This document shows, one piece after another, positions 1 through 12,836 of a stretch of DNA of 64,000 nucleotides. Location of the stretch: NCBI GenBank assembly GCA_045837725.1, contig JBEWZL010000121.1, positions 372,001-436,000 of the forward strand, read 5' to 3'. Positions within the stretch are counted from its first letter, which is position 1. Each line of letters starts with the position of its first letter. A program made the position numbers and the translations under genes. Under the pieces are notes generated by a model. It was not told the DNA's origin, searched no databases, and saw only the letters and a list, made by a program, of their open reading frames with translations. This DNA is from Vermamoeba vermiformis. Its lineage: Eukaryota.

Positions 1-273
1 AACATTCAGCCTGCGGAGTACTCAATGGACCTCGCTGTAGATGTCGCAAAGAATGAAGTGAAAATTGTGGAATTCAATCCGTTTGGCAGGCCGAATGGTC
101 TGGGTACAGGCACAGTGCTGTTCAACAACAAAGACGACACAGACCTGCAAGTCTTGTTCGGAGAGCGGCCCTTTGAGTGTCGCGTCGTTACCAAACCGAC
201 TTACCCTGACTTTGCTGCGTTGAATTTGCGCGGTGAGCTGAAGGATTGGTTGCTAGCAAATAAATTCTTTTAA
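1..273 (+). CDS. 3' end of a Cdc123/D123-like ATP-grasp (R2K family) protein, truncated by window start
   Basis: ORF end ...DLAVD...IVEFNPFG...GTGTVLF...PFECRV resembles the Cdc123-family C-terminal D...[DE]xNP[FW]...LF motif; stop at 271-273. Confidence 0.6.
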   Translation, partial: NIQPAEYSMDLAVDVAKNEVKIVEFNPFGRPNGLGTGTVLFNNKDDTDLQVLFGERPFECRVVTKPTYPDFAALNLRGELKDWLLANKFF

Positions 274-319
274 TCAGTGTTTGTCCATCTTAATTCCGCA
301 AGTAAAAAGTTTATTATTT

Positions 320-2655
320 TTATTCTCCTTGGGCTTGACTGAAGCCTGGCTTGCCATCCAACAAGTAAAGATTTTCCATTTTGATGAAGTCAAATCCGGC
401 GTTGCGGATGCGCATCAACAAAGAAATGATTTGCGAGTGCTTGATAGGTGCGTTGTTTTGAGATTTGAATCGTAATCGCCAGTGATCAGTGCAGAATGTT
501 TCAGGGAAGCCATTGGGCCACACTTTGACACCTCTGTTGGTGATCAATGTCAACTTCATGCCGTCACCGTTCAGCTTTGAAATAGCGTTGCCCAAGTCTT
601 CAGGCGTGCCGTTCTTAGGACTCCAGTGCAAGAAGATATCGCAGCCGATAGTCTCTTTCTTGGCAGGCGGTAAGTCAGTCAGGGTCGGCTTCCAGTCGCG
701 CATGTTGGTGTCGCCCTTCGCGTAGTGCACGGGCTTGAGTTGCACGGGCTTCTTGCCCAATCGTTCGACAACAGCCTTCGTGAACTCGGTCGTGCTGACT
801 TTCTGCTTCGAAGTGCCCTCGCGGTAAATATCAGTCGTGTGCACTCCGTCTTCAATCGTCTTGAGCCACGCGTTGTGAATGTTCTCTGCGACTTCAGGCT
901 GACCAATGTGCGACAACATCATCACGGAGGACAGCAACAGACCGGAGGGGTTGGCAATGTTCTTGCCGGCAATTGGCGGGGCTGAGCCGTGAATAGCTTC
1001 GAACATGGCGCCACCGTCACCAACGTTGACTGAGCTGCCGAGGCCGACTGAGCCTGTCAACTGCGCAGCGACGTCAGACATGATGTCACCGTAGAGGTTG
1101 GGCATGACAATCACGTCAAAGATCTCGGGAGTGTCTGCGAGACGTGCGGCACCTAAATATAAAACACGTGTTAGGAGTGATGTTTGGAGCATTAAAAATC
1201 AGTCTAATTACCAATATCAACGATCCAACGGTCCTTTTGAATATCAGGGTATCGGGCACCAATTTCTTCGAACACTAAAATAAAAGATACATTAATACCA
1301 CCGTATGACGGAATAATTTTATTACGCTAGATCCGCCTCTCTGCATTTTTCTTAGCTTACCTTTAGCGAACAAGCCGTCGGTCATCTTCATAATATTGTC
1401 CTTAATAAAGCACGAAACTTTCTTTCTGCCGTGTCTGCGAGCGTATTCAAATGCGTACTGGATAATGCGCTCACATCCAGGTCTTGAAATCAACTTGAGG
1501 CATTGCACGACTTGATCTCTATACTCTGATTAGCACTACTATTTATATTTAATATGATCAACTTACGTTTGGTGATGTTCGATACCGGCGTAGAGATCCT
1601 CTTCGTTTTCTCTAACAATAACTACATCCATGTTGGGATGTCTAGTAGCGATGAAGGGAGAATAGACATTGCAAGGACGCACATTAGCGAACAAGCCTAA
1701 TGTCTTACGAATGGTCACGTTGAGTGATTTGTAACCACTGCCGATTGGTGTCGTGATCGGGCCTTTTAAAAGCACTAAAAGACAAAGAATATTTTAGTAA
1801 GGGTTAGCAATACCATTTTATTAATTAATTAATATCAGGGAATCATTTGGTTAATATTGCGATTTTTGGTAAATTTTTTCAGCGCGTGGATCTACTTTTC
1901 CAAAATTGTAACGGTCATATTTGTATGTGAACCTTTATAAAATTAACTATTTAACTCGTACCTCTCGTCTTTCGGATGGAGTCCCATGATTCAGGTGCAA
2001 TACCCGAGGATTGGCCCTATTAATTTAAATCAGCAAAGAGTCGCGCGATCTGATCGTGTCAAAGATTATTGCAGCGTTATCGAGACAATTTCAATGCATA
2101 TGCACGCACATCATGAAGTACTATTTTTGCGATGCTAAGCCTTAAATAAATTATTGGAAGAATTTGCAAAAATAAACCTCCGGATGTGAAAGTGAATTTA
2201 CTCCATAATAAACCGTCTTTTATCATATAAATGCCCGAATATGGTACTTACCGATAAGTAGACCTTCTCTCCTACATCAATATGTTCCCATTTAATTGCT
2301 GCGCCAGCACTTTCAAGGATTTCGATCGTCGAGTTCGTGATCTCAGGACCTAATATTTAAATTGTAAGAATTATGCAATGTTTAATAACCGTGCATATAA
2401 TAACCGAGGAAAAATAACTTACCAATTCCGTCACCCTTAGCAATAGTCACGGGGACCTATTCAAAATAAAGGCGCAAATTAGTTAACATTAGGCAAATAA
2501 ATTACTGAATTAATTGCTTATATTATGCTCGATATCAATTAGGTACGTACCTTCTCTTGACGAGCGAACAATGAAGTCGAAAACCCTCGTGCAGCTTGCT
2601 TTGTGGTTACAGATGCACCAGCTCTTCTGGCTAAAACGCGAATGTTAGACAACAT
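320..2655 (-). CDS. icd: Isocitrate dehydrogenase, alphaproteobacterial/Thermus long type with C-terminal extension, mitochondrial presequence; multi-exon
   Basis: Exons give [74 protein letters not shown], then [10 protein letters not shown]...TDHWR...[12 protein letters not shown]. Exon 1 is [35 protein letters not shown]. Confidence 0.93.
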
Positions 2656-2740
2656 TGTTGTGTCGTTTGGTTGATTAGAATAAATTGGGTAAATCGAATA
2701 ACAGCCGAAGAAAACACGCAGCGGTGGACGTGGCTTTGCA

Positions 2741-2755
2741 TTTCCTTTTATAGAA
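2741..2755 (-). promoter_or_regulatory. TATA-box-like element (TTCTATAAAAGGAAA) upstream of IDH
   Basis: About 85 nt upstream of the ATG; the identical 15-mer recurs at 18648-18662. Confidence 0.5.
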
Positions 2756-2961
2756 AATTATCCTGATCGCGTGCTTCGTAACGGATTTTTCGTCGGTCGC
2801 TCCGATTTAAAAATGATATTTTAGATGAACGTAGCGTACCTTTAGGCGAGGGACAATTAAATTGACATGCCGGTAAACCCTCCGATCTCGATCGGACCCT
2901 TTTCCGTTACGATCCATTGCAACTCTTCGTCAGGACGTTGGCTTTTAATTCTTTCCATCGG

Positions 2962-5861
2962 TTAAAAAGCGAATTGGTTGGCATAGTTGTAATTGTAGTA
3001 AATAATATACTCGGGATAGCTAGCAAATTGTCATTAGTAAGCTTCAAGCGAAAAATGAATCAGATGTAGCTTTCGTAAGGTGTGTAATGTAAATGTTTGT
3101 ATTAATATCAGCATAGCACGTTAATATTTAAAAATAATTTTTACCTTTGGTGATTATCGAAGATGCAATATATTTTGTTGACGCCATTGATTAGCGTGGA
3201 TGATACGCTGTCGTACATGCGATCTGTGCCGGGAATACTTGGCGGTACTCTTAAGCCACTGTAGCCCTATACATTACGCTATTAGTATAGCTATTAAAAT
3301 AATACTGAAACCACGTACATTGGTCACAGATCCGAGTGCAACACGACACAAAAACATTCTTGGTGTTTGACCGAATGATGCCTAATAAGTGCAAAAGTGT
3401 TAATATGGTACTTAAAGTGTCAATTTAGGCTATTATTACTCACAGTGACATAGCCCATGGAAACTGAACTTTGTTCCGCAAAATAAATTCCTGCTCCTAA
3501 AGCAGCAGAGTCAGTCCCGGTCAATTTCCAAATAAGGAAACGATTCACCGTACCAATGGCTCCATTCAAATTGGCGACTCTAAAGTCCAATCCATCCTTG
3601 GTGATAATAGGCATGTTGTTGGATGCAGTCCCGTGGAACAAGTACGTTTCTTTCGCGTTGTTGTTATTGCTCTTCGCTATTTCATCGCGCTTCAGATAGT
3701 ACCACTTCCATAGTCTAATGTCGTAGTATTAATAAACACGTAGGTAGCAATACCAGCTGAGTGAGATCTTACCGCTTGTTCTGGATGCGCTCAATCTTGG
3801 TGACAGTAACGTTCCCGTTGACGGCCATGGTGCTCATAAATCTGTCGCACACTGATTGGAACTCGTCGCTGTTTTGATCTAAGTTTACAATCTGCAACGG
3901 TTCTTCTTGATCCGACCAGTACGAGGGGAATTTCACTTGTTCTGTGATCTACAACGCCAATGATTAGCATTAATATATATCGTAATATTAAATTAAGTTT
4001 GTTGCACGATAGGTGTCTATTAAAAGCAGTACTTTGACGTGACTTACAATTTTCTTATCTTCAACGGGCTGTACGGCCTTGTTCTCAACTTCTACGATAG
4101 TTTCATTAATATTAATATGTAATGATTAATAGCAATACGTACTAGCTTCATTATGACTGACCACTGCCGGTTTGTCCTGCACCTCTTTTTTCTCGTCTTG
4201 TTTCTCTTTCTCTTCTTTTTCTTTCTGTTTCTTGGCCTGTTCTTCTTTCCACAACTGTTCAGCCAATCGTTGATCTTCTTCTTCGATCTTTTTCCTCGTC
4301 TCTTCCTCTTCAGCTTCGAATTCACGCTGCAACTCTCGTGCAAGATCCGAATCTGTTTTTTTCACAACGACTTTGTCCCCGTCATTTTGTTGCTCGTCAT
4401 TTGCAATATTTTCACTCGTCTTGGCGAGGCCTCTCTTAGCAGCCAATTCGTCTTCGAGTAACCGTTGAATGGCAATATCAACTGAACCTTTGCTCATGAT
4501 CAGTGCTTTCAAAATATCTCCGTCACTGGATTGTGGCATCAAAAGCTTCACACTGGCAATCTATAAGTGTGTTCATTAATAACGGTGTTAGCTGTGTAGC
4601 GTAGATAGATATTTTATACCTCTTTGGAAAAATCTCGATTTTCATGGTTGTCTTCTTTTTTGTTCTCAACGTGATTTTCTTCGTTATTCTTATTATCGTT
4701 GTTGCTATTATTCTTCGTCTCGAGTTCGTTTTCGGTCTTTTCGTTCAGATTTTTCAAGTTCTCAGCGAGCCTGTCAATTCTTTGACGTTTTCTTTTGTGA
4801 CGCGTGTCAGGTGATCCTTCGCCATCAGAATACTCATTGACGTCTTCATCTTCATCTCCTTCACTTGCATTATTATTGTTATTGGCCTCTTCATCCGTCG
4901 TTTCTTTCTTTCTGTGCTGTCGTTTTGACGGTGCTTTTCTTTTTCTGCCGGTCAATTTAACTTCTTCAACTTGCATCAGTTCAGTCTTATTATCATTGAC
5001 ATTGGCGTTTTCATTGGTTTCTTTGCTTTGGTCTTCATTAATATCGTTTTTGACTGGCTGCTCGTTGATTTTTTCGTCCTCATGCACACTCATTTCTTTT
5101 TCTTCTCGTGCATTGTTGTTCGAATCACTACGTTCATTTTGTTTGTTTTTCTGCGAATCATTGTCTATTGTTTTGTCGACTGAGTTCTCGTGCTCGACTT
5201 CTCGCTCGATGACGTTTGTATTGTTATTGTTGGTGTTGATCTTGTTCCGAACGCTATCTTGAATATCACGCTGCATGTACGAACTTAAATTGCTGCTGTT
5301 TTTTCTGCTTTGCGATTGACTATCACCAATGCAATCGATCAGAATGTCCAGATCTGACACCGCGAGTGTTTGTTCGAAATCCGTTGTGACTGGCTGCGAG
5401 TTGTCTTCAGGGTCAGGAAAATGCAATCTAAATTTGCCTTTTTCTTCGTGTTTAGTGCATAACAAGGAAATAATGTCGCCTTCTTTCAGCGGATAAGTTT
5501 CACCGCGTTTAGTGACCGTTTTTTCTTTGGATCCTCGATTGGTAATTGACGACGGATTTAAGCCCAGCTGAATTTGAAATAATTAATAAAAATTTTGCAG
5601 TGTGTAACAGCAGGTTATTAATTAATAATTTTAAATTTTCTAGGTATTGGTCCCGATCTGGATCCGTGATAGACTTACTTGTTTCATCACTAAATTATTT
5701 TCCTCGTTGTATTTAATTTCAACTTGTTGTCTGCTGATTCTTTTCTCTTCTTCCATGTTGATATCGGTTCTGCCCAAGATCAAAGGCTTCTCTCGGTCGA
5801 TCCAGAAGCGATCAAACGCTTCGTCATCGATAAATATGACATAGGGTTTTCTGTTGTCCAT
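2962..5861 (-). CDS. FHA + low-complexity linker + CUE/UBA-like + PARP catalytic domain (mono-ADP-ribosyltransferase-like); multi-exon
   Basis: N-term ILGR...KRISRQQV...KQLGLNP (PNKP/APTX/APLF-type FHA); middle LLMPQSSDGDILKAL.MSKGSVDIAIQRLL (CUE/UBA-like); C-term KIERIQNK, LFHGT, GAGIYFA, MFLCRVALG, YDSV, IYCIFDNHQSYPEYIIYY. Confidence 0.85.
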
Positions 5862-6145
5862 CGTCGTAAGATAAGTTGGTTAGCGAAATAAACGCGCGAA
5901 AAGACCAAGATAACTAGACACGTGATTTTTTTTCGTTCAGAGAATCAAGTTGCGAGCCCAAAGCCAATATTCTTGATTTGTTAAATATAAGACTACAAGA
6001 GGAGGTAGTGAATCCAAGGTGAGCTAAATCGAGTGCATAAAGAGTTCTCTTTCAAAATAAGGAAGTTGTTAAATTTCCAAGATTGACGCGAGTAAAGCAG
6101 TAGACCACGTAATTTAATATTAATTCATAATTAATTACAGGAGAA

Positions 6146-7582
6146 ATGTCGGACACATTGCGATTGAAATTACGAATTGCAGAAAATAGAGTAAAATTCA
6201 TTTCCCTGCCCCAAAAAACTGTGGAAAGCCTTCAACGCTGCGTAAAAAATCTAGTAAATGACGTAGATCAAAATTCTTGCATTGTTCTTCAAGAAGGAGA
6301 AAGCTGGTTCAGTGTGGATTCGGATGCAGATGTCTCTTGCTTGAAAAGTGACGAAGTTCTCACTATTGCTCGGCCATCAATGAACATTAAGACTTTACCA
6401 TTACACGAGCATCGCCACCAAGAGTCGGAATCACCTATGGATGTCTGCTTGCAAGTTGAAATTCAAAAGCTAGATCGACCTCGAGTTAAATACCCTCAGT
6501 ACGATGAGATCAAGACGTACAAGACCTCTGAACTGCATAATATGACTCAAAATCAGAGAAAAGAATTTATGGAGACACTACGAAGACATGGTTACATTTA
6601 TTTGGAGTTGGCTTCAGATGAGCTCGCGCAAGTTCAAAAGTGCGCTAAAGAAAGCAGCGAATTCTTCGAAATGCCAGTTGATTATAAGAGCCAATTTACT
6701 ATCGAAGGCAATCGAAGGACTTGGGGCTACAAATGGTTGCCTTCCTTGCGAAAAGAATACGTCAAAGTAAGATCTAAGCATTTCTTTCTCCAAATTAATA
6801 CTAATATATTAGTATAGGTACGTAAAACCACGCATCAAAAATGGCATTCAGAGGTCTACAAACAAACATGTTACGAGACCTACGACAAAATGAATGCGCT
6901 GTCAGTCCGTTGCATGCGCATGATCTGCGAGTACTTGGGCCTCAACGAAGAGTCATTCACGCAATTAGTGCGCAATGAACCTCCTTACGCCGTACATTAC
7001 GAATATGCCACTAGTTTCTTAGAAATCTTCCATTACTTGGACAACCAACAAGATTGCGATGTCGTGCCTTGTCCCGATCACGGTACGCTACAATAACACT
7101 TATGACTCCTTTATTAATACGCATTATATAGTGGATGTCGGTCTCATTACGTTGATACCTCGTGCATCGACAGCAGGTCTAGAGATGTACGATTGGATGA
7201 CCGGTGATTGGCACCCTGTCGAACGTGACAGGGCCTCAAATCAATGCGTGTTATTGGTCGGTGAAACTCTTTCACGATTGTCGAACAAGTACTTCTCTCC
7301 TACTATTCACCGTGTAGCCGTAAGTCCTTCCTATTGTTCCATAGTCCCTATTGACTGACCGTTGGCACAACTAAGTTGGAAAAACAGTCTGCGGATCGCA
7401 ACTCGATGATTTACGAAATTCTGCCCTACCCATTCTACACAATAGACTGCAATGAACTCAATACTAATGTTGTGGGGCCTGTGCGCGACGACTGTTCGAC
7501 CACTCTGCGAAGTTACGAGTACATTCAAGAAATCAGCAACGGTCGTATTTCTGTGAACAAGGAATATCCTGCAATGAAATAA
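6146..7582 (+). CDS. 2OG-Fe(II) oxygenase (IPNS-like) with an extra N-terminal ~80-aa PB1/ubiquitin-like segment; multi-exon
   Basis: LRRHGYIYL, EFFEMPVDYK, spliced DH|VDVGLITL (HxD), GLEM, VGETLSRLSN, TIHRV. Confidence 0.85.
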
Positions 7583-7602
7583 GTACTTTTAAATCACAGT
7601 AT

Positions 7603-9345
7603 TTACACAGTAGCCAGAGTGATTTTGACTTCTTGCGGGGTATTGAAGCTCGGATGATTGTTGGTCGATGGTTTGAATGCCGTGACCGAGTCAGCTTTGA
7701 AGTGTTGCAAGAAAGTCGCAAAGAAAACGATTTGCTCAACTAACGAGAATTGATTGCCAAGGCTGCCATCGTAAGAAAAATTAGAATCGAAATAATGATG
7801 AAAGAAATATTAGTGCAGCATACCATGCTCGTGACTTGAGTGAGAAAGGCAGGTATGAAAATGGCACGGTAGGCTTGTCAAATCGACTCGGATTGAATTC
7901 TTCGGGGTTTTCCCACAGTTCAGGAGAGTGATGAATGGCGTAGATACTAACACCAACTCTGACCTAATTCCATACTGTTACATCCATCCGTCCAATGACT
8001 AAGGATACACTTACGCCTTTAGGAATTATCTTGCCTTCGTATTCTACATCTCTTTCAGCATGCGCGGTAGTTGTCATCGCCAAAGGAGGTTGCATGCGCA
8101 AGTTTTCTTTGATCACGTTGTTCAAGTAATGCAGTTCTTTCATCGACTCAGCGGTGATTGGCTTGTTGCCCAACACTCTCTTGACTTCTTCAATTGCTCT
8201 ATCTTGGACCGTTTTGTTCTGTGCCATGTGATAGAGCAACCAAGTCAGCGCTGTGGCCGTCGTTTCGTGGCCTGCGATGAACAAAACAAAGGCGTTTGCA
8301 ATAACCTACGTTAGATTATGAGTCTATATTCCAAGAATATTTTTAAATGGCTTACCTCGTCTTCATTCCACTTAGGGTCGTGAGCGTTCAGCATGACGTT
8401 GATCAAATCAAATTTTCCTTCTGTGCTTTTGTTATTTTGTCGATCCTATATAGTGGGTCGTTAGAAGAGTGTAACAAATAGATACGCAATGCTTACTTTT
8501 AGGTTTTCGACAATAAAATTTTGAATGGTGTCAATGCTGGCGTACAGTTCCGTGAGAAAAGGTTTGCCAGTAATTTTCTCGAGCTGTCAGATAGATGGTG
8601 TCAATAATGACATTGGATGGATATTGAGGTCCACTTACAATGGCTTTGACAACGGTGGATGGCTTCTGACCAACTTGCAACATGAAATTGATGGCTTCGA
8701 GCTCTTTCTCGGCCTTGCCTTGCATGGCATTGAACGAGCGACTAAGGACTGTTGTTCCGAGCACGTCCAATGTGAAAAGTGGCAACCAGTGAAGAAGGTC
8801 AACGGAGTCTTTGTGGACAAGTGGCTTCCAAAGTTGCATCAGTTCGAGAGAGAGCTGGTGGAATTGTGGGACCCATTGTCTGACAGCGTCAAAGTGGAAC
8901 GGTGGTGACAAAACATTTCGATATTGTCTAAAGCATGTTAGTATTTTTGAGTTAATAAGTTTGATGTCTTTACCTCCATTGCTCGCCATTTGCAAACAAG
9001 ATGTTGGTGCCCATTGCTGCAACCTTTACTGCTCCTTGTCTCCGCGGCTCCTTCGGAAAATTGTCCGTATTCGATAAAAATAACTGAGATACAGCATTAG
9101 AACGCAATATCAGACTATCAGCTCCTTACCTTTGCTGTGTCAGGATGAGTGGCAACAACGGAATTGAATAGCATAGTTCTAACTGAGACTAACTTCTCGT
9201 TGCGGAGAGCAGTCACCATTTTATGCATATCACTACGTTGGAAAATGTGTTGCCATAATGACAGGCCTTTGAATTGATCTATCGGAGCCTTTCTAGATCT
9301 GATCAAGATGATCAAAACGAGAACCAAACCTACTATTAACCACAT
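7603..9345 (-). CDS. Cytochrome P450; multi-exon
   Basis: N-terminal TM anchor MWLIVGLVLVLII, I-helix AGHETT, K-helix ENLR, FNPSRF, spliced heme motif FSLKSRAC|LG. Confidence 0.93.
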
Positions 9346-9552
9346 GTTGTGCTTGTGCTTGATCTTGTAGTGAAAATGATTGCTTTTATTCATCTCCCAC
9401 GGTATTTTTAGCTCCGATATTTTCGCCGAGGCGCTCCGCGGCGCTCCGTGTTGCAAGGTCACGCGACCTGGCGAGAGAATTGTGTGAATTGATTGAGTTT
9501 ATTCGCTGTACAGTATTTTATATAATGACATAGTTACATTGTTTACAGTGAG

Positions 9553-12547
9553 TTAGCGTTGAAGCCCAAACCACGACCACGCGGTCTAATGACAGGTTGG
9601 ATCGGCTCTTCAATGCCTTGCTTCTGTGAGCCTAAGCCACCACCGACCCAGCCCATACGCATCAACATGATGTGACCGAGGTTGGACTCGGGGATGGGCA
9701 TCGAGTTGCCAACAAGAACACGGGCTGCAAAAAAACAAAGTTAGATCCGGTTTTGCAAAGGTAAAAAGGTTTGAAGTTCTACGTACTATGCATGTCCTTT
9801 CGGGTATTGACTTTCGTTCTGGGGCCTTGACCGCTACGACCGTAACGAGCTTCTCCGTTGCGACGAGTGATTTCTTCTTCTTCAGGGAAGAATCGGTTCA
9901 AGAATTTCTTAAAGTCTTCCTCGGTGCGCATGCGAGTGTGATCTGTCTTGTGCACGACAGCGTATCTGCGCTTGCCTGAACCTGCCATAGAGGCCCTGAG
10001 GTTGTAGAACTTGGCAAGTTTGGCCAACTGCATCAATTGGAACTTGTTCATGTTGGACACAGATTTACTGTGAAAAAGTTAGATCCGTGTTCAAGATCGA
10101 GTTTTAGAGGCTTGCTTACGTTTCCATAGTCTCGTCCTTGATGAATTCAACCATAATCTGACTCCAGTACTCGATGTCATTGCGAGTAAGTCTTCTCTTT
10201 TTGTTTCCTTTCTTGTACAGCTTGTTGAGCTTCTTGATCTTCTTCTTGGAGACTTTGACTCCCGGTTGATTGTTGCGAGCCAGTTTGCGTTGCTTAGCGC
10301 TCATTGGCTTCTCTTGGCTCCTGTTGTTAGGAGAAGGCTTCTCCTCGTCAGGGAAGCCAATACCATCACGTGGCATTCGCTTGCCTTTCGGTGACGGAGT
10401 GAACTGACGTTGGTCTTTAGGACTGTAGTTCGAGTTGAGAATACGCTCAAATTGCTCGTCCTCTTCACTCGACTCCTCGTCACTGCTAATAAGTCAGTAC
10501 GAGTAAGCGCAAAACACTTGTCGTGTCTACGTACTCGATGTCCTCCATGTCCAAGAACTCTTCTTCGCTGAGTTCAGAGTCTTCGGACTCACTGCCTGCT
10601 GGGCGACGGTTACGACGGCGGGCTTGTCGCTTCAACTCGTCTTCTTGGGCCCAGTAGAGCATCAAAGATTGCTACACGAATGTCAGATTAAATGTGTCAC
10701 AAATGATTGTGCGCGTACCTCTTTCTTGGAGAGACCAGAGTCACGATCAAAGACGTACTGCACGGGCATGTCTTCTTCGCTTTCGCCCTCCTCGTCCTCT
10801 TCATCTTCCTCGTCGTAGTCGTCTTCTTCGATCAAGTCCGCGACGTCAATATCGCTGAGGTCATCTTCTTCGTCTTCTTCATCGTCCTCTTCAATGTCCT
10901 CGTCAATCACAATGTCGTCTTCGTCTTCATCGCTCTCTGACTCTTCGCCAACCCATTCGAACTGAATTTCTTCCTCTTCAACGGGTTCAACCTTCTTGTT
11001 GCCTTTCTTGTTTTGGTTCTTGGCCGGTTGTTTAGGCGTGTTATTGTTGCTGGTGGCAGGAGTAGTCGAAGTGACAATCTTAATTTCAGTGACTTGTTCG
11101 TAGCGGTACTCGGGCAGCTTCTCCTTGAGCACCGGTGCTTTGTCCTTGAACTCTTCCATATTTACATCAGGCTTCTCTTTCTTTTCTTCGACAACTGTCA
11201 CTGTTTCAGTCTTGACCTCTTCATTGCTGTTCTTGCTAATTGAAAATGTTTCAACTTTCTGAATGATCGTGTCAGTGTTGACAGGGGTCATTGTTGAGGT
11301 AGTGGTCATAGTGACAGTAGTGACAGAAGGGTCCATGGCTGGTTCTAAGAAGCTAGCGGGGTCTTTGGCTCGTACGAACGAAGTGTTTGCCAACATTTTG
11401 AGGTACTTGTTGCGCAGCTTATCGGCGTTGGACAAGACAGTCTCGGGTACCTGGTAATAGTCCTCTTGTGCGTAGTACTCGCGATCAGTGCCCAAATAAG
11501 CATCGAGCGAGGGTCGTTCGTCCTCAAAGTCCGCAGGCTCGACGAATCGATTGTTTTGTTTGTTCACCACTGCATGCACGAGATTTTGTCTCTTTTTGGC
11601 TTTCTTCTCGCGTCTCTTTCGGACTAAATTAAGAAAAAAAGTTAATTAGCCACGTGATTTGGCGTAATAATGTTGCGATTCGGACTTACTTTTTTTAGAT
11701 AAATTAAACTTGCTGACTTGGTTCTTGATCTGCTTCTCCTCGTCACTTTCATCGCTTTCTTCATCCTCTTCTTCATTTCCAATAATTTCTTCGTCATATT
11801 GACGCAGCACGTTGAAATTCTCGTCGGCTGTAAGTCCTTTCATCGAGTCATGAAACGAACCAAGATCTTCATCAGAGCTTATGTTCTAATTATATGATCG
11901 TAATTAATAACTACGCCTTCAGTATCATAGGAAGATAAGATATTACCATAGCATAATCAGCAACAACGTCGCTGTCGATGCTGCCGGAGTCAGATTCGCT
12001 CTCGCTTTCAGATTGTTGGCGTTGATTAAATGGTCTACGAGAGGCTATTTATAGAACAATATTCGCGTTAGATAATCAATATTTGATCGCATCTGAAGTG
12101 AAAAACTCACGTGACTCCTTTTGCCGTTTTCGTTGGTTAACTCGCATCATATTGGCGAGCAATTCTTGTTCCTCAAGGAACTTCATTCGGAAATAGGCGT
12201 CTGAAAGTCGTAATTAATTTTTTGCAATTCGAAAAAATAATTTCTATTATTTTTAGCAAGATCAGCAGAAAACAAAAAAAGACTCGTTGAAGCTTGATTA
12301 ACGACTACACTAAAATTATCGATAAATAGGGTGTACCTTCACGCATGAAAGATCGTCCGGTAGGTGATGCTCCATCCAAGTTTCTTGTTCGTTCGTTTGG
12401 TAACGAAGATCTGCGTTGTCTTTGGTTGTTATTTCCACCGCGGCCTTTACCAGTGCTATTAGGAGCTTGGCCTTTCTTGCCCTTCTTTCCTTTAGTATTG
12501 TTCTTTCGTCCGGAGCCACCGCCACCGGATTTTCTTCTTCCGCTCAT
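9553..12547 (-). CDS. R3H + G-patch domain protein (Sqs1/Pfa1-like); multi-exon
   Basis: Basic N-term, long acidic tracts, R3H-like LAKFYNLRASMAGSGKRRYAVVHKT, terminal G-patch IPESNLGHIMLMRMGWVGGGLG...GIEEPI...RPRGRGLGF. Confidence 0.82.
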
Positions 12548-12836
12548 CTGAAGCTTAGCTTGTGGAGCGCTTGTGCTGTTGATTAATATAAATCAAGAAT
12601 TGTAATGACGATCAGATTTAAACGACAAAAAATCGGCCTGAAATAAATTGGCTCAATAAATTCTGCAGTGCTTCTCAAATTTCTCAGAGCTGCGGAGTTG
12701 ATTGCACGTGTTGTTGGAACGCGCAATTTCATGGACACTACTCTTTGCAAACATAGTGAACTGTTTACGGAGTTATTGTTGCACATCTAAAGCTTAGTGG
12801 TGTTCGTGTTTTTGTCATTTTATTTTTCAAGTAACG

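Noticed and set aside
2030-2115. Possible box C/D snoRNA in an IDH intron (ATGATGT...CTGA, minus strand)
   Set aside because: Imperfect C box, no terminal stem, and the CTGA coincides with the likely branch point just before the 3' splice site.
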